Below are positions 28,982 to 39,700 of a stretch of 64,000 nt of DNA, piece by piece. The number at the start of each line of letters is the position of its first letter. The stretch's first letter is position 1. The notes under the pieces were generated by a model. That model ran no database searches. It had not been told where the DNA came from and saw nothing but the letters and a program-made list of their open reading frames with translations. Origin of the DNA: Candidatus Parcubacteria bacterium. GTDB lineage: Bacteria > Patescibacteriota > Minisyncoccia > Phycocordibacterales > UBA2100. The translations under genes were made by a program, and so were the position numbers. The stretch covers positions 13,372 through 77,371 of the forward strand of contig QZJK01000011.1 in NCBI GenBank assembly GCA_003599295.1. Reading direction: 5' to 3'.

Positions 28982-30724
28982 CTACGAAGCCGGTTTTTCT
29001 TTCTTTTCCGGCGCAGATTCGGCAACTACAGGCATTTCCTCTTCCTGAAACAGGAGTTTCGATGAAAGAGCGTTCAATTCGGAAAAAGGAATGGCTTTTG
29101 AGAACGCTTTCTGCATCGCATCTTCCTGCATCGTAAGCATGCCTTGCCCGCGAGCAGTCTCCCATAGCTTGGATTCAACTGGGTTCTCAAGGATGATGCG
29201 CTCGATCTCCGGAGACATTTCAAGCACTTCGAATACGGCCATGCGGCCGCGAAGCCCTGTGGGCGATGCCGAGGTGCGCATGGGTTCCCACGCACTCTTC
29301 GGTATCTTGAAGCGGTGCTCGGCGGGGAGCGTTGAAAGCTGCTCCTCGATATTCTTTCTATCGCTCGCGGATATCTCTATTTCCTGTGTGCTTCCTTCGA
29401 CAAGCGTGCGCACGAGGCGCTGTGCCATCGAAATGACGAGGACAGGCGGAATGAGATACGGCTCGACGCCCATGTCGATGAGGCGCGGAATGGTACCGAT
29501 TGCGTCGTTCGTGTGGATGGTCGAAAGTACGAGGTGGCCAGTCAGTGCCGCTTGTATCGCGAGCTTTGCGGTTTCGCCGTCACGGATCTCTCCCACCATG
29601 ATGACATCCGGGTCCTGGCGAAGCGTTGTTCGGAGTCCCGTTGCGAACGAGTACCCGATCTCGGGATGCACCTGCGATTGCGTGACGCCTTCGACGAAAT
29701 ACTCGACCGGGTCTTCAAGCGAGAGCACGTTCTTTTTTTCGCGGTCGACTTCCGAAAGCATCGAGTACAAGGTCGTCGATTTTCCCGAACCTGTAGGACC
29801 GGAAATGAGAACCAGCCCGTGCGGACGGTTGATCGCTTTCCGCACCAAATCGAGATTGCGCGGCGTCAACCCGATCTGATCGAGCGGGATGAATCCTTGG
29901 TCACGATCGAGAATACGAATAACGACTTTTTCCCCGTAGTACGAGGGAAAGGTCGAGACACGGAAGTCTATCTGCCGATTTTCGATGGACGCCGAGAAAC
30001 GGCCGTCCTGCGGTTTTCTTTGCTCATCGAGGCGGATGGAGGCGAGCACTTTTATACGCGCGACGAGCGAGCGGTGCGTCGCGAGCGGGAGGATAACACT
30101 CGTGTGAAGGTCGCCGTCCACGCGGTAGCGCACGCGCACTCCTGCGAATTGCGGCTCGATGTGGATGTCGGAAGCTTTTCCATCGATGGCGTACCGAAGT
30201 ATCGTCGACACTATCTTGATGGTCGGTGCATCTTCCTGTACGTTCCTCGTCCGCTGGCCGATCTCCGACGGACGCTCAATGGTTGGGTCATCGAGATCGA
30301 GCGGCGCCATTTCGGATTCGACAGGCCGCTCTTTCTGCTCGGTCGCGAGGTCGACGATGGCGCGGTCCACTTCCCCGCCGAGGCCGCGGTACATTCCGAG
30401 TATTCTTTCAAAATCCTCTTTTGATATTCGAAATACTTTAAACGGCATGCCTGTCGAGCGCGCGATAAAATTCAGCGCGTCGAAGCCCTGTATATCTTCA
30501 GGGTCAACCATGCCGATCTCGAGGACGCCGTCCCCGACCGCGAGCGGTGCGAGCTGATAATGCTTTGCGGATTCCTCGGGAATGTAGCGGAGGACATCGT
30601 ACGGCACCTTGGTTTCCCCTAGCTCTCTCATCGGCACTTCAAGGCCTCCACTCCCCTGGCCCGCTGCCTGCGAACTCGTAGAGAGATTTATTTGAGGACT
30701 TCCTGTTTGATTTGTTTGCGGCAT
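28982..30724 (-). CDS. pilB: Pilus extension ATPase PilB/GspE
   Basis: SDIHIEP, GPTGSGKST, LRQDPD, VGEIRD. Confidence 0.95.
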   Translation of the reverse strand: MPQTNQTGSPQINLSTSSQAAGQGSGGLEVPMRELGETKVPYDVLRYIPEESAKHYQLAPLAVGDGVLEIGMVDPEDIQGFDALNFIARSTGMPFKVFRISKEDFERILGMYRGLGGEVDRAIVDLATEQKERPVESEMAPLDLDDPTIERPSEIGQRTRNVQEDAPTIKIVSTILRYAIDGKASDIHIEPQFAGVRVRYRVDGDLHTSVILPLATHRSLVARIKVLASIRLDEQRKPQDGRFSASIENRQIDFRVSTFPSYYGEKVVIRILDRDQGFIPLDQIGLTPRNLDLVRKAINRPHGLVLISGPTGSGKSTTLYSMLSEVDREKKNVLSLEDPVEYFVEGVTQSQVHPEIGYSFATGLRTTLRQDPDVIMVGEIRDGETAKLAIQAALTGHLVLSTIHTNDAIGTIPRLIDMGVEPYLIPPVLVISMAQRLVRTLVEGSTQEIEISASDRKNIEEQLSTLPAEHRFKIPKSAWEPMRTSASPTGLRGRMAVFEVLEMSPEIERIILENPVESKLWETARGQGMLTMQEDAMQKAFSKAIPFSELNALSSKLLFQEEEMPVVAESAPEKKEKPAS

Positions 30725-30811
30725 ACGAAGTATCAATGGTCTACGCTACGCTCGAAAGGACGAAGGCCATTTTCCACGTCCTCCGAAGCACGGCGTTCTT
30801 CATTCACGGTC

Positions 30812-31141
30812 TCAAATCTCGCCCCCTTCTCCTGCGTCAAAACCCCGAGGGGCGAACGGGTTCCGCCGTCCGACTGGTTCCGGGACTATCTGTGTTCCAA
30901 AATCCCGGAGCGTGCCAAAGGTCGGATCGGAGAATATCGTTCCGGAAAGTGAGACTGCCCGCAGGGTCAAAAGCGTATTGACGATGCCTGCCTCGGCAGT
31001 CCCCACTTCGCCCACTACTTCTGTCGTGAGGAGGGCGTCATCGGGAGTGCTGTCTCCGGAGAACGCATACCACGCACCGCCGAGCGCGACCGCGCCGATG
31101 ATGACGATTGCGAGTGCGTTGCGCGAGAGGAATGACATCAT
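30812..31141 (-). CDS. Small membrane-anchored pilus accessory protein (PilP position)
   Basis: N-terminal TM, GRRNPFAP motif, follows pilO. Confidence 0.7.
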   Translation of the reverse strand: MMSFLSRNALAIVIIGAVALGGAWYAFSGDSTPDDALLTTEVVGEVGTAEAGIVNTLLTLRAVSLSGTIFSDPTFGTLRDFGTQIVPEPVGRRNPFAPRGFDAGEGGEI

Positions 31142-31143
31142 AC

Positions 31144-31713
31144 TTACTTCAACCAATACGTTCTAATAGTAATGTCGAAACTGTAGAGGGGCTCTCCTGT
31201 GTCGTCCGCATCCTCGGGCTGAAGCGAGAGGGAGACGAGATCGACGATGCGAAGGCTCGATTCGAGATTTTCCAAGAATTGCACGAAGACCGGATAGGTC
31301 GCGACGGTCGAAAACTGGAGCGTCAGTGAATCGAACTTTTGCCGCGCGGCACCGATGGCCCCCACGACGGAATTATCGCCGGTCTCGCTCGCGGGATTCG
31401 AGATGAGCACGTTCTGGAGCGCCATGCCATGAGCCCCGGCAAGATTATCAAGATCAAGAACAAGCCGCACGTTATCCACGTGGTCCGGAAGGAGTTTCTG
31501 GAGGCGCGCGAGGTCGGCCGGATTAAATGCGTTGTAGCGCGACAAAAGCGATTGCTTCAATTGCTGCAGCTCCGCGGCCCTATCGAGAGCCTCGTCGTAT
31601 TGTGCTATCTCCGCCTTTTTCGCTTGCACGGTCTGATACGTGGGCTGCGTGTACATGAAGAAGACCCCGAATGCGACCGCGAGACCAAGTGCCGAAAAAA
31701 TTAGTTTGAACAT
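31144..31713 (-). CDS. pilO: PilO-like protein
   Basis: TM plus coiled coil, LLPD, FLENLESSLRIVD. Confidence 0.85.
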   Translation of the reverse strand: MFKLIFSALGLAVAFGVFFMYTQPTYQTVQAKKAEIAQYDEALDRAAELQQLKQSLLSRYNAFNPADLARLQKLLPDHVDNVRLVLDLDNLAGAHGMALQNVLISNPASETGDNSVVGAIGAARQKFDSLTLQFSTVATYPVFVQFLENLESSLRIVDLVSLSLQPEDADDTGEPLYSFDITIRTYWLK

Positions 31714-31716
31714 AGA

Positions 31717-32427
31717 TTATTCCGTGGGCTGGCTTCCTTCCGAGGCGGTATTCTCCTCAGGGACTCCGTTGAACGGCGAGAGCGAGGATTGCACCTCCGA
31801 GGTCGGATTCGTGAGTTCCTGCGGAAGGCTCTGTGTCGCCCCGCGCACGATGGCGAGGTAATTGATGGCCGAAGGATTCAAAAGCGCCGAAAGGCTGAAG
31901 TGGACGCCGTCCGTTTGGCGATTGATGTTCGAAAAGATGGGACTCGTCACCATGCCGACCTTACTGAAAAGATCCGCCTGGAGCGCTATCGAGTTGACGC
32001 TATCGGCAATGCCGTCCATCTGTATCGTCATGTGCTGCGGATCCGAGCCATCGAAATCCAATGATATGAATGAAATGTTGCTTATCGTTGTCTGCTCAAG
32101 CATGCGGAAAAATGCGGAGGGCGCGATGTGCTTTCCCAAGACCTCGTTCGCGACCAACATGCGGTCATCGAGCCGCGTCAGCTCTTGGATGAGCGCGGGC
32201 TCGAATGCGGCGCTCGCGCGCCCGAGCTGTTCTATTTTCGAAGCAGCGCTTGCATGCAGATACTGATCATAGAGGAGCACTCCGACTCCGAGGACTCCGG
32301 ACACGACGAAAAGAACGACCGAGGCAAGCGCGGCGAGGTCCAAGAGACCGTTCTTCGCCGCTTTGCGGACGGAGCCGGCTTGTACCGTGTCTTTCGGGAT
32401 GAATGAGGGCGGTGTTGTTGTTTCCAT
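31717..32427 (-). CDS. pilN: PilN-like protein
   Basis: Single TM, between pilM and pilO. Confidence 0.72.
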   Translation of the reverse strand: METTTPPSFIPKDTVQAGSVRKAAKNGLLDLAALASVVLFVVSGVLGVGVLLYDQYLHASAASKIEQLGRASAAFEPALIQELTRLDDRMLVANEVLGKHIAPSAFFRMLEQTTISNISFISLDFDGSDPQHMTIQMDGIADSVNSIALQADLFSKVGMVTSPIFSNINRQTDGVHFSLSALLNPSAINYLAIVRGATQSLPQELTNPTSEVQSSLSPFNGVPEENTASEGSQPTE

Positions 32428-32459
32428 AGTTCTTCTTCTGCCGCTCCCCGGTCGCGCGT

Positions 32460-33608
32460 TTACGATTCTTTGAGTTTCCGCAGAACAAGCCCGACCGCTA
32501 CCGCAAATCCTGGGCCTATCTCGCGAAGCACGTCTCCGAGGAACGCAGGCGCTTCCGTTCTTGCGAACGGGTTCGCTATTTCAACGTCCGCCTGCAGGGA
32601 GGTCTTTGCTTCTTCAAAAAGTCCTGGCAAAGACGCACCGCCGCCCGTGAAGACGACGCGCGATACATTCTTATTGTATCGCTGCCCGTAGCTCAATAGT
32701 ACCCGATTCACCTCGCTAAAAATACGCGTGAGTGTTGATAACAGCGCGGTCTTGATGCGTTCGTTCTCATCGGTAGAGTACGCTGTCGTGTCTTTAAGGC
32801 CGCGTTCACGCTTGACGCGCTCCGCCTTGTCGAATTCCCAGTTCAAGGAACGGCCGAGGACCTCCGTCATGTGCTGGCCGCCGACCGTGAGGAGATGTGT
32901 GAGGCGCACGACGCCGCGCTCGACGACATAGAGCTTGGTCGTCGCGGCCCCGAGATCAACCACCAAGACCGGCGCGATGCCGTGTCCGAGCGATGAACGG
33001 ACGACGCTGAATATCTCGATCTCATAGAATTCGACAGTGATACCCGCTTCCGCCGCAAGCGCTTGATAGTTCTCTATCGTAGCGTTATGAATGGCGACAA
33101 GGAGCACTTCTTGCCCGCGCGGTTTGCTTGACTCCTTTTCCATCCTGTCGAACGCGCTTTGCTCCCCCTCCTCCTCTGGTATCAAGAACCAGTCAAGAGC
33201 GACTTCGGTGATTGGCACCGGAATGTATTTCCGAGCCTCGATAGGAACGATGCGCTTTAAAGATTCCTTATCGACTTTCGGCAGCTCAACGACTGAGACT
33301 AAACTCGATGCGAACGGGATGGAAATACCGCCCTTTCGCGCCGTCACGTTCGCTTCTTTCATGAGGTCGGTCAACGCTTCGGCCGTTTTCTCCGACGAAA
33401 GCTTCACGGCTTTTCCGATGGGCTGCCCCCCGTAAGGACCGAGTGCTATTTCGCCATACGTCTCAAGCACCGCTGCGCCGCGCGACGCGCGAAGCTGCAC
33501 GACTTTTATGGAACTTGCGCCGATGTCGACGCCGAGAATGCTTCCCTCGGCGCCTTTGCCGAGAACTCCCGAGAGTGCTTTCCCAATACCCCCAAAAGAA
33601 AAAGCCAT
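32460..33608 (-). CDS. pilM: Pilus assembly protein PilM
   Basis: GVDIGASSIK, EARKYIP, VDLGA, TGGGA. Confidence 0.95.
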   Translation of the reverse strand: MAFSFGGIGKALSGVLGKGAEGSILGVDIGASSIKVVQLRASRGAAVLETYGEIALGPYGGQPIGKAVKLSSEKTAEALTDLMKEANVTARKGGISIPFASSLVSVVELPKVDKESLKRIVPIEARKYIPVPITEVALDWFLIPEEEGEQSAFDRMEKESSKPRGQEVLLVAIHNATIENYQALAAEAGITVEFYEIEIFSVVRSSLGHGIAPVLVVDLGAATTKLYVVERGVVRLTHLLTVGGQHMTEVLGRSLNWEFDKAERVKRERGLKDTTAYSTDENERIKTALLSTLTRIFSEVNRVLLSYGQRYNKNVSRVVFTGGGASLPGLFEEAKTSLQADVEIANPFARTEAPAFLGDVLREIGPGFAVAVGLVLRKLKES

Positions 33609-33653
33609 TCGGTACAGTATAGCGTACTTTATGAGTCTAGCGCGCGGTATTTC

Positions 33654-33977
33654 TCAGAGTTCGTCTATCTTAGCGGCGAGAATGAAGTCATTCTCGGAAA
33701 GCCCGCCTATCGCGTGCGTCGTGAGTGTTATGCCTACCTTCCCCCACCCGACAAGCATATCCGGATGATGTCCCTCCGCCTCGGCGACGCCGCCTACCCT
33801 GTTCGCGAATGCGAGTGCCTCCTTGAAATTCTTGAACTTGAATGTCTTGGTAATTCTTTTTGCATCGGGCGAGAGCGACCAGCCGGGAACCTCCTTCAAA
33901 TACTCTTCCGCTTTGGTGCGGAAGAGGGGCATGACTCCCCCTTCGCACGGCACGCAATGTTTTTTGGCAAAGCTCAT
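33654..33977 (-). CDS. Pterin-4a-carbinolamine dehydratase
   Basis: CVPCEGG, AEAEGHHPD, THAIGGLSENDF. Confidence 0.93.
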   Translation of the reverse strand: MSFAKKHCVPCEGGVMPLFRTKAEEYLKEVPGWSLSPDAKRITKTFKFKNFKEALAFANRVGGVAEAEGHHPDMLVGWGKVGITLTTHAIGGLSENDFILAAKIDEL

Positions 33978-33994
33978 GCGAGAATTGTAGCATC

Positions 33995-34642
33995 ATGAAT
34001 GTCCGCGCGTTCCTGAACACCATTCTCGATAGCGTCCTCCCGCGGCGCGAGCGGGATATGCGCACAAAACGGCGTTCACTCCAGGATATTCCGCTCGCTC
34101 CAACGACGCACGAACTGCTCGGCACGCGCATACTGACCATCATGGATTATCGGGAACGGGCGGTCGAAGAACTCTTGCAGAGTTTGAAATACGATGCGTC
34201 GGGACACGCCGCAACATTGTGTGCAGAGGCCCTTGAGGATTTCTTGCGGGAAGAGGTGTCTTCCGTTCGTGCATTCTCGACGAAGCGTATTCTCCTTGTG
34301 CCTGTGCCGCTTCATAAGGTGCGGGAGCGAGAGCGTGGATTCAATCAGATAGAAGTCATTCTTAAGCACCTGCCCAAAGAATTTCACGACGGCCGTGCCG
34401 CGGCTGTCGTTCCCGCGCTTTTACGCACCCGCCCGACGAAACAGCAAACGCATCTATCGCGCAATGAGCGCTTAAAGAACGTCGCGGGCGCATTCGAACT
34501 TTCCGACGCAAGCGTGCTTCACGATGCACACGTTGTTTTAATAGACGACGTCGTGACGACGGGTGCAACTCTGACCGAAGCGGCGAAGCCGCTCATGAAG
34601 CGCGGGATTTCTGTGAACCTGCTTGCACTCGCGCGGGCGTGA
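33995..34642 (+). CDS. comF: ComF family phosphoribosyltransferase
   Basis: PVPLH..R..ERGFNQ, LIDDVVTTGAT. Confidence 0.92.
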   Translation: MNVRAFLNTILDSVLPRRERDMRTKRRSLQDIPLAPTTHELLGTRILTIMDYRERAVEELLQSLKYDASGHAATLCAEALEDFLREEVSSVRAFSTKRILLVPVPLHKVRERERGFNQIEVILKHLPKEFHDGRAAAVVPALLRTRPTKQQTHLSRNERLKNVAGAFELSDASVLHDAHVVLIDDVVTTGATLTEAAKPLMKRGISVNLLALARA

Positions 34643-34684
34643 AAAGAGCGCCTCGATGTGGTACGTTAAGCACGCAAGTGCGTA

Positions 34685-34773
34685 GGAGAGGTGGCCGAGT
34701 GGTCGAAGGCGGCACGGTGCTAACGTGTTAGGCGGGTAAAACTGTCTCGAGGGTTCGAATCCCTCCCTCTCCG
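34685..34773 (+). tRNA. tRNA-Ser(GCT)
   Basis: GGAGAGG acceptor, GCACG-GTGCTAA-CGTGT, long variable arm. Confidence 0.93.
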
Positions 34774-34951
34774 CAGATTTGAACGCAGTGAGAATACTGC
34801 GGAGAGGAGCAAGCGCTTCGCGCTTGCGTGGAGGGATTCGAAAGTGAGCGCGGGGTGCCTGTTCAGTAGGACGGGTCGCGCGAGCAGGCCCGAGCGGAGC
34901 GAGGAGCGACGGCGACGAGCGAGCTCTTGGGAGCATCCCTCCCTCTCCGCA
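34774..34951 (+). repeat. tRNA 3'-flank element (different core) after tRNA-Ser(GCT)
   Basis: Exact 17-bp direct copy 34935-34951; split inverted copy 34797-34807 plus 34831-34842. Confidence 0.78.
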
Positions 34952-34972
34952 AAAATCTATATAATAGAAGGT

Positions 34973-35305
34973 ATGACAAGAAAAGCTGGGGTTGTTCTTT
35001 TTTATGCACTTCCCATCGTTCTGATGATAAGCCTCATCCCGCTGATTCAGAATGATTATGTCCTTGCGGGCGTATACGGTGCCTGCATCGTTGCCCTGCT
35101 TTTCATAAAACGCGAGAAAAATGATCTCATCGCGCTCGCATTCGGCATTATCGGTATCACTATCGCCGAGTCCTTTTTCATCAGCACAGGGGTGGAAACG
35201 TTCGCGCGGCAGAGCTTTCTCGGCATGATGCCGCTCTGGCTCCCCTTCCTGTGGGGCTATGCGTTCGTGACCATAAAGCGCACGCTCCGCGTATTAGACC
35301 ATTGA
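34973..35305 (+). CDS. 4-TM membrane protein
   Basis: Hydrophobic, PLWLPFLWG motif; ATG 7 nt after TATAAT. Confidence 0.75.
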   Translation: MTRKAGVVLFYALPIVLMISLIPLIQNDYVLAGVYGACIVALLFIKREKNDLIALAFGIIGITIAESFFISTGVETFARQSFLGMMPLWLPFLWGYAFVTIKRTLRVLDH

Positions 35306-35371
35306 CCATTCACGCTGTCGCCATACGGCCATGGTATCTTTATCGATACCAACCGAAAGGAGGTGAGTTCT

Positions 35372-35617
35372 TTGCCAACCCTCATCATCAATCTCTTCTC
35401 GAACAGGGATGATTTCCTATTCGAGGCGTTCCGACTCGAATCTCGGCTTTCCATGCACGGGCAAATCAGCTCAACCAAGGGAAGCGGGGTGGCGCAGATA
35501 ACGCTTCGTACTCGGAAATCTCTGGAAGAGATCCGGGAAGAGATCAACCACTTGTCGCTCAAGGGCGACGTCAGATGCAACGAGGAAGAAAATGACAAGG
35601 AAATGTCACCGGCATAG
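35372..35617 (+). CDS. Hypothetical protein (~81 aa)
   Basis: AAGGAGGTG SD followed by TTG; hairpin at the end. Confidence 0.5.
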   Translation: MPTLIINLFSNRDDFLFEAFRLESRLSMHGQISSTKGSGVAQITLRTRKSLEEIREEINHLSLKGDVRCNEEENDKEMSPA

Positions 35618-35764
35618 CCGGCATTTCACGAGCCCGGAAACGACGTATGCATTGCATACGCACGTCCGGGCTCACTCAATACTTCAAGACGACATGGGGA
35701 TTGTGCGTACGAATGAAAAACAACACGCTATAGTGTATGCATTATCGAATAACGAAAACCTCGT

Positions 35765-36673
35765 ATGGGAAATCTGGGTTTGCGTCCCTTATCAATATTT
35801 CTGCTTGTATGCGCGCTTGCGCTCCCAACTTCTGCCGGTGCTTTTGAATTCGAGTTGCCTCAAGCACACCCCGGTGAGATACATGAGCGCATTACCGCAC
35901 GACTCAATTCGGCACTTCAAGGTTTGTGCGACCGTTTGCAGGACGGCAGACTTCCATTCCTCCTTCCAGATTTCTGCACTCCTCCCGAACCTCCTCCACC
36001 ACCTCCCCCGATTGACGTATGCCCGAACGTCCCAGGCAACCAGGAGAGCGGCCCGTGCGCTGACGAAGAATGCGTCGCGGATGGCGGGACGTGGAATGGC
36101 GAATCATGCGACGTGCCTCCGCCCGAAGAGACTATCGGGCATGTCGTTATAAGCGAAGTGCACTACAACATAGATGTCGCGCATGGTGTGAACGGAACTA
36201 ACGACAACAACGAATGGGTCGAGCTGTATAACGGAACGAATGAAACTGTTGACCTCTCCGGTTGGACGCTCGCTGACAATAGCTCGAGTGACGCGCTTCC
36301 CGCGGGAACAGTTCTTCCATCGGGGGCATTTCTTATCGTGACCGCAACGACAAGTACGGCTGATTTCTGGCCCGACATTCCGGATGATGTTGAGGTCGTA
36401 GTTCTTGGCAGTCAGATAGGCAACGGCCTTGCCGCGGACGGTGATGTCGTACTCTTGCGGGATGACGAAGACACTCTGATAGACGCAGTTTCCTGGGGCG
36501 ATGACACGACTGCCTTTGACCCTTCGGTGCCTGGCGTAGCACAAGGAGAATCTATCGCGCGCACCTTACTTACTGTTGATACGGACACGGCGGCAGATTG
36601 GGAGGGGCGCGGAATCCCTTCACCGGGGCTCGCGGACGTCCCGCTTCCTTCTGGTGTACCGGAGACTTTCTAA
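35765..36673 (+). CDS. Secreted lamin-tail-domain (LTD) protein
   Basis: Signal peptide, poly-Pro, VVISEVHY...NEWVELYN..VDLSGWTL...PSPG. Confidence 0.85.
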   Translation: MGNLGLRPLSIFLLVCALALPTSAGAFEFELPQAHPGEIHERITARLNSALQGLCDRLQDGRLPFLLPDFCTPPEPPPPPPPIDVCPNVPGNQESGPCADEECVADGGTWNGESCDVPPPEETIGHVVISEVHYNIDVAHGVNGTNDNNEWVELYNGTNETVDLSGWTLADNSSSDALPAGTVLPSGAFLIVTATTSTADFWPDIPDDVEVVVLGSQIGNGLAADGDVVLLRDDEDTLIDAVSWGDDTTAFDPSVPGVAQGESIARTLLTVDTDTAADWEGRGIPSPGLADVPLPSGVPETF

Positions 36674-36780
36674 ATCTTTAGAAACGTCGAATTATTGGCT
36701 CGGTTTCCACATTTCGCGCACCGAAACGCGTTGCGTGAGTGCCCTTTGGGGCGCAAAATTGCGCTATGCATGAGCCTTTT

Positions 36781-39700
36781 ATGAAGGCGGGTTCTCGCGG
36801 TTCTTCAATTCTCGGAAGTATTCTCTTGCTCGCGCTCGCAGGAAGTGCGGCTGTGTCGTTTGAACCGTTTTTTTCGACTCCTTCCGACCAAGAACAATTT
36901 GCGGCAAGCAGTCTCGCGCTCGTCGAGGACGCTTCAACCCCAACGCAAACCTCCGCCGGACAAGAAACGGCAACGCAATCAGATTCGCTAGCTCCAGGAA
37001 CCGTCGTAGATTTTAGAGATCAGGTGTATAGCGTGTACTATTCGTGCCGGCAAGAAACGAAAGAAAAAAGCAAGGTGGATGAGCTCACGCAAACCTGCCA
37101 ACCGGGTTTTCTCTACACCATCTATGAAAGCGACGGGGTCATCTCCGTGTCTCCAAGCCCCGGCCCGCAAGGCAATGTCGCCTGTCCCAGTAATACGCCA
37201 ACGCGCGCGGGATCATGCAGCAACCCGGCATCTCCGAATCCGGTCTTAAGTTGCTGGAGCGGACAACCTTCATCCGGCGTCGTCTACTACGCTATCGGAA
37301 ACGAGAAGCCTCAATTCGCCGGAAATTGCGCATCCGGGCAGAAACTCGACGTCGCCGGAAATCGCCTCACCGGACTCAGTAAAACGCTCGATGCGGCAGA
37401 CCCGGAAAAACAGTCCGCCATCATGGCAACGGCGGACATATCTCCCACGCAACAAGCCACGCTGATGAATGCGTTTAACAACATACAATCCGGAGAACAA
37501 AAAGTGGAGGAGATAAGTGCCGAGCGGAACGATATCGAACAGCAGATAACAGCGTATGCGAACTGTACGAATCCCGCGAATCCGTGCACAACGGAACTGC
37601 AAGCGCTCCAAACACGCAGAGACGAAATACTGCGGGAACAGCGGATAGCTGAGAGCGAGCTTGACTCGCTTCAAAATAATGCCCAACGTCTGTTGGCCGG
37701 CGAACCGCCGGTGAGCACGTCCGGTACAACGAATTTTCCCGGCTATGATCTCCCTTCTCGCCTTGATTTTGCCCGAAATACAACGGGCTTCAACGGTAGC
37801 GGTTTTATTGGGAGCCCGGAGGCGCAACCATCTTCCCGTCCTATCGTAGCCTCGCCGCCGCAAACGCCGAATCCGACGGGGGAAATTGATTGGGGGAAAT
37901 TCTATAACCAAGGGTCGAGTTACCGACCGACACCCCAGCCGACCGGATCCGAAAGTACGGCAGGAACGGGGGCTCAGCCTTTTCAAGGTCCTCAATTCAC
38001 ACCGAGCTCCTATACGCCGCCCGGCATATCCGGTCCGAACAGGTTGACCGATGAAGAGCTCGCACAATTCCCTCCCGAGATCCAGCAGGCGGCTCAAAAA
38101 CAATGCGAGCTGGGGCGCTGTGCTCTCATGCATCGAATAGCTGGAAGTGATGCAACTTCCGCACAAGAAAAAGCGGGGCAAGTGACGCAGGTCGCGCTCA
38201 TAGGTTCGCCCAGTTGCTCACAAGTATCGATATCCGACTGTTTCAAGGCGGCCGATCTTCCTTACACGCTCGAGGGCCGCAAGCAAGTATGCGGAGCGCT
38301 GGGACTCGACTACTGCGACAGCGTGGGGAGCGCAAAAACGAACGTGCGAATGGCGGAGGACGTGAAAAGATTCTCCCAAACGGGTACGGTCACTGAAGTT
38401 ACGCAAACACGGACTGTTACCATTGACTCGCGCGGCTCCATTCTCGGAGAAGAAATTACGGAGAAAAGTACGGAATCACAAGTTATCGCTCCATCATACC
38501 AAGAGGGCGCGACGTTGCGTGATCTCGAAGCTTTCTACGATAGGGCTCAAGAAACCCAGAACGGGGTGGAGACCGTATATAAAGTGACGGGAGACGTGTG
38601 CGGGGTCGTCGGCACGAGCAGTAGCGACCAAACCTGCAGCTACTATCGGCGATTGGCTGACGCGCAAGGCGGCGTGTTGTCGAAAGACCAGTTGCCTTCT
38701 TATACCCGACAACAGCTCACCGCGGTCGAGACGGCCGGAAAAGCTATCCAAACACCGTTCCCGACCGCAGGAACTGTTTCCGATGTTGCGCCGAGAACGG
38801 CGGGCGGAACACTCGAAGCAGAGAATCTCGCGCCGCTTTTTGACGCAGAGAGGGTGCGGAACGCGGAAACAGCGCGCCTGGAAGGACTGGCTACGTATTA
38901 CAAAGAACAACAGCAAGAGCGAATCATCGAGACCACGTCAAGTCGCCTTCAGGGCCTTGCTGATTTTACGGAAGCGCAACAAGTGGCTCGGGCAAATGAG
39001 GCTTCGATACAACGCTGGGAAGGCATGGCTGCTTATGCAGAAGCGCAACGGGAAGCCCGCGCTCGTTCGAATGATGCTGCTTCCGCGCGGCTTCAAGGCC
39101 AAGCAGATTTCATAGCGCGTACCAATTATTTGGAGAACCATCCGACAACGCAAAATATGTATGACGCGTTGATAGCGGCGGGCCAAACGCCCGCAGAGAC
39201 CCAGCAGTATATAGACAAAGTGGTTTCAACCGGTGCTTGGAATACCGGGACGGAGGCGCAAGTGGATTCATACCTCGCGCACAACTACGACCGCATCGTC
39301 GAGTACGGTAAAGAGCGTACGGCGCTCGGAGAAGCTCTTCTCGGGAAAATAGTAGCGTCAGGGCCGCCACCGCCCGTAAGTGATATCCAAGTCACTTCCG
39401 CACCGCTTGTCCCGATACCGGGCTCCACAGAAAGCCTATCTACGAGAGATCTCATCAATCAAATCGTGACAGGAGGTTCACAGGCCCCTTCCGCGGCAAA
39501 CGAACTTTGGGATAGAGCGACCACGCGCCCTGCATGGCTTGACCCCGCGATAAAGCCTGCCGCGGATCTCGTCTCAGATCTGACCGGAAAAGATCAGGTA
39601 CTTTTCGGTGTGCAAGGACAACAATCGCAGGCTACGGATGAAGGAGTCCTTACGATAGATACGGGCATCAGGAGAGACTTTTCAATCGCCGATCCTGATC

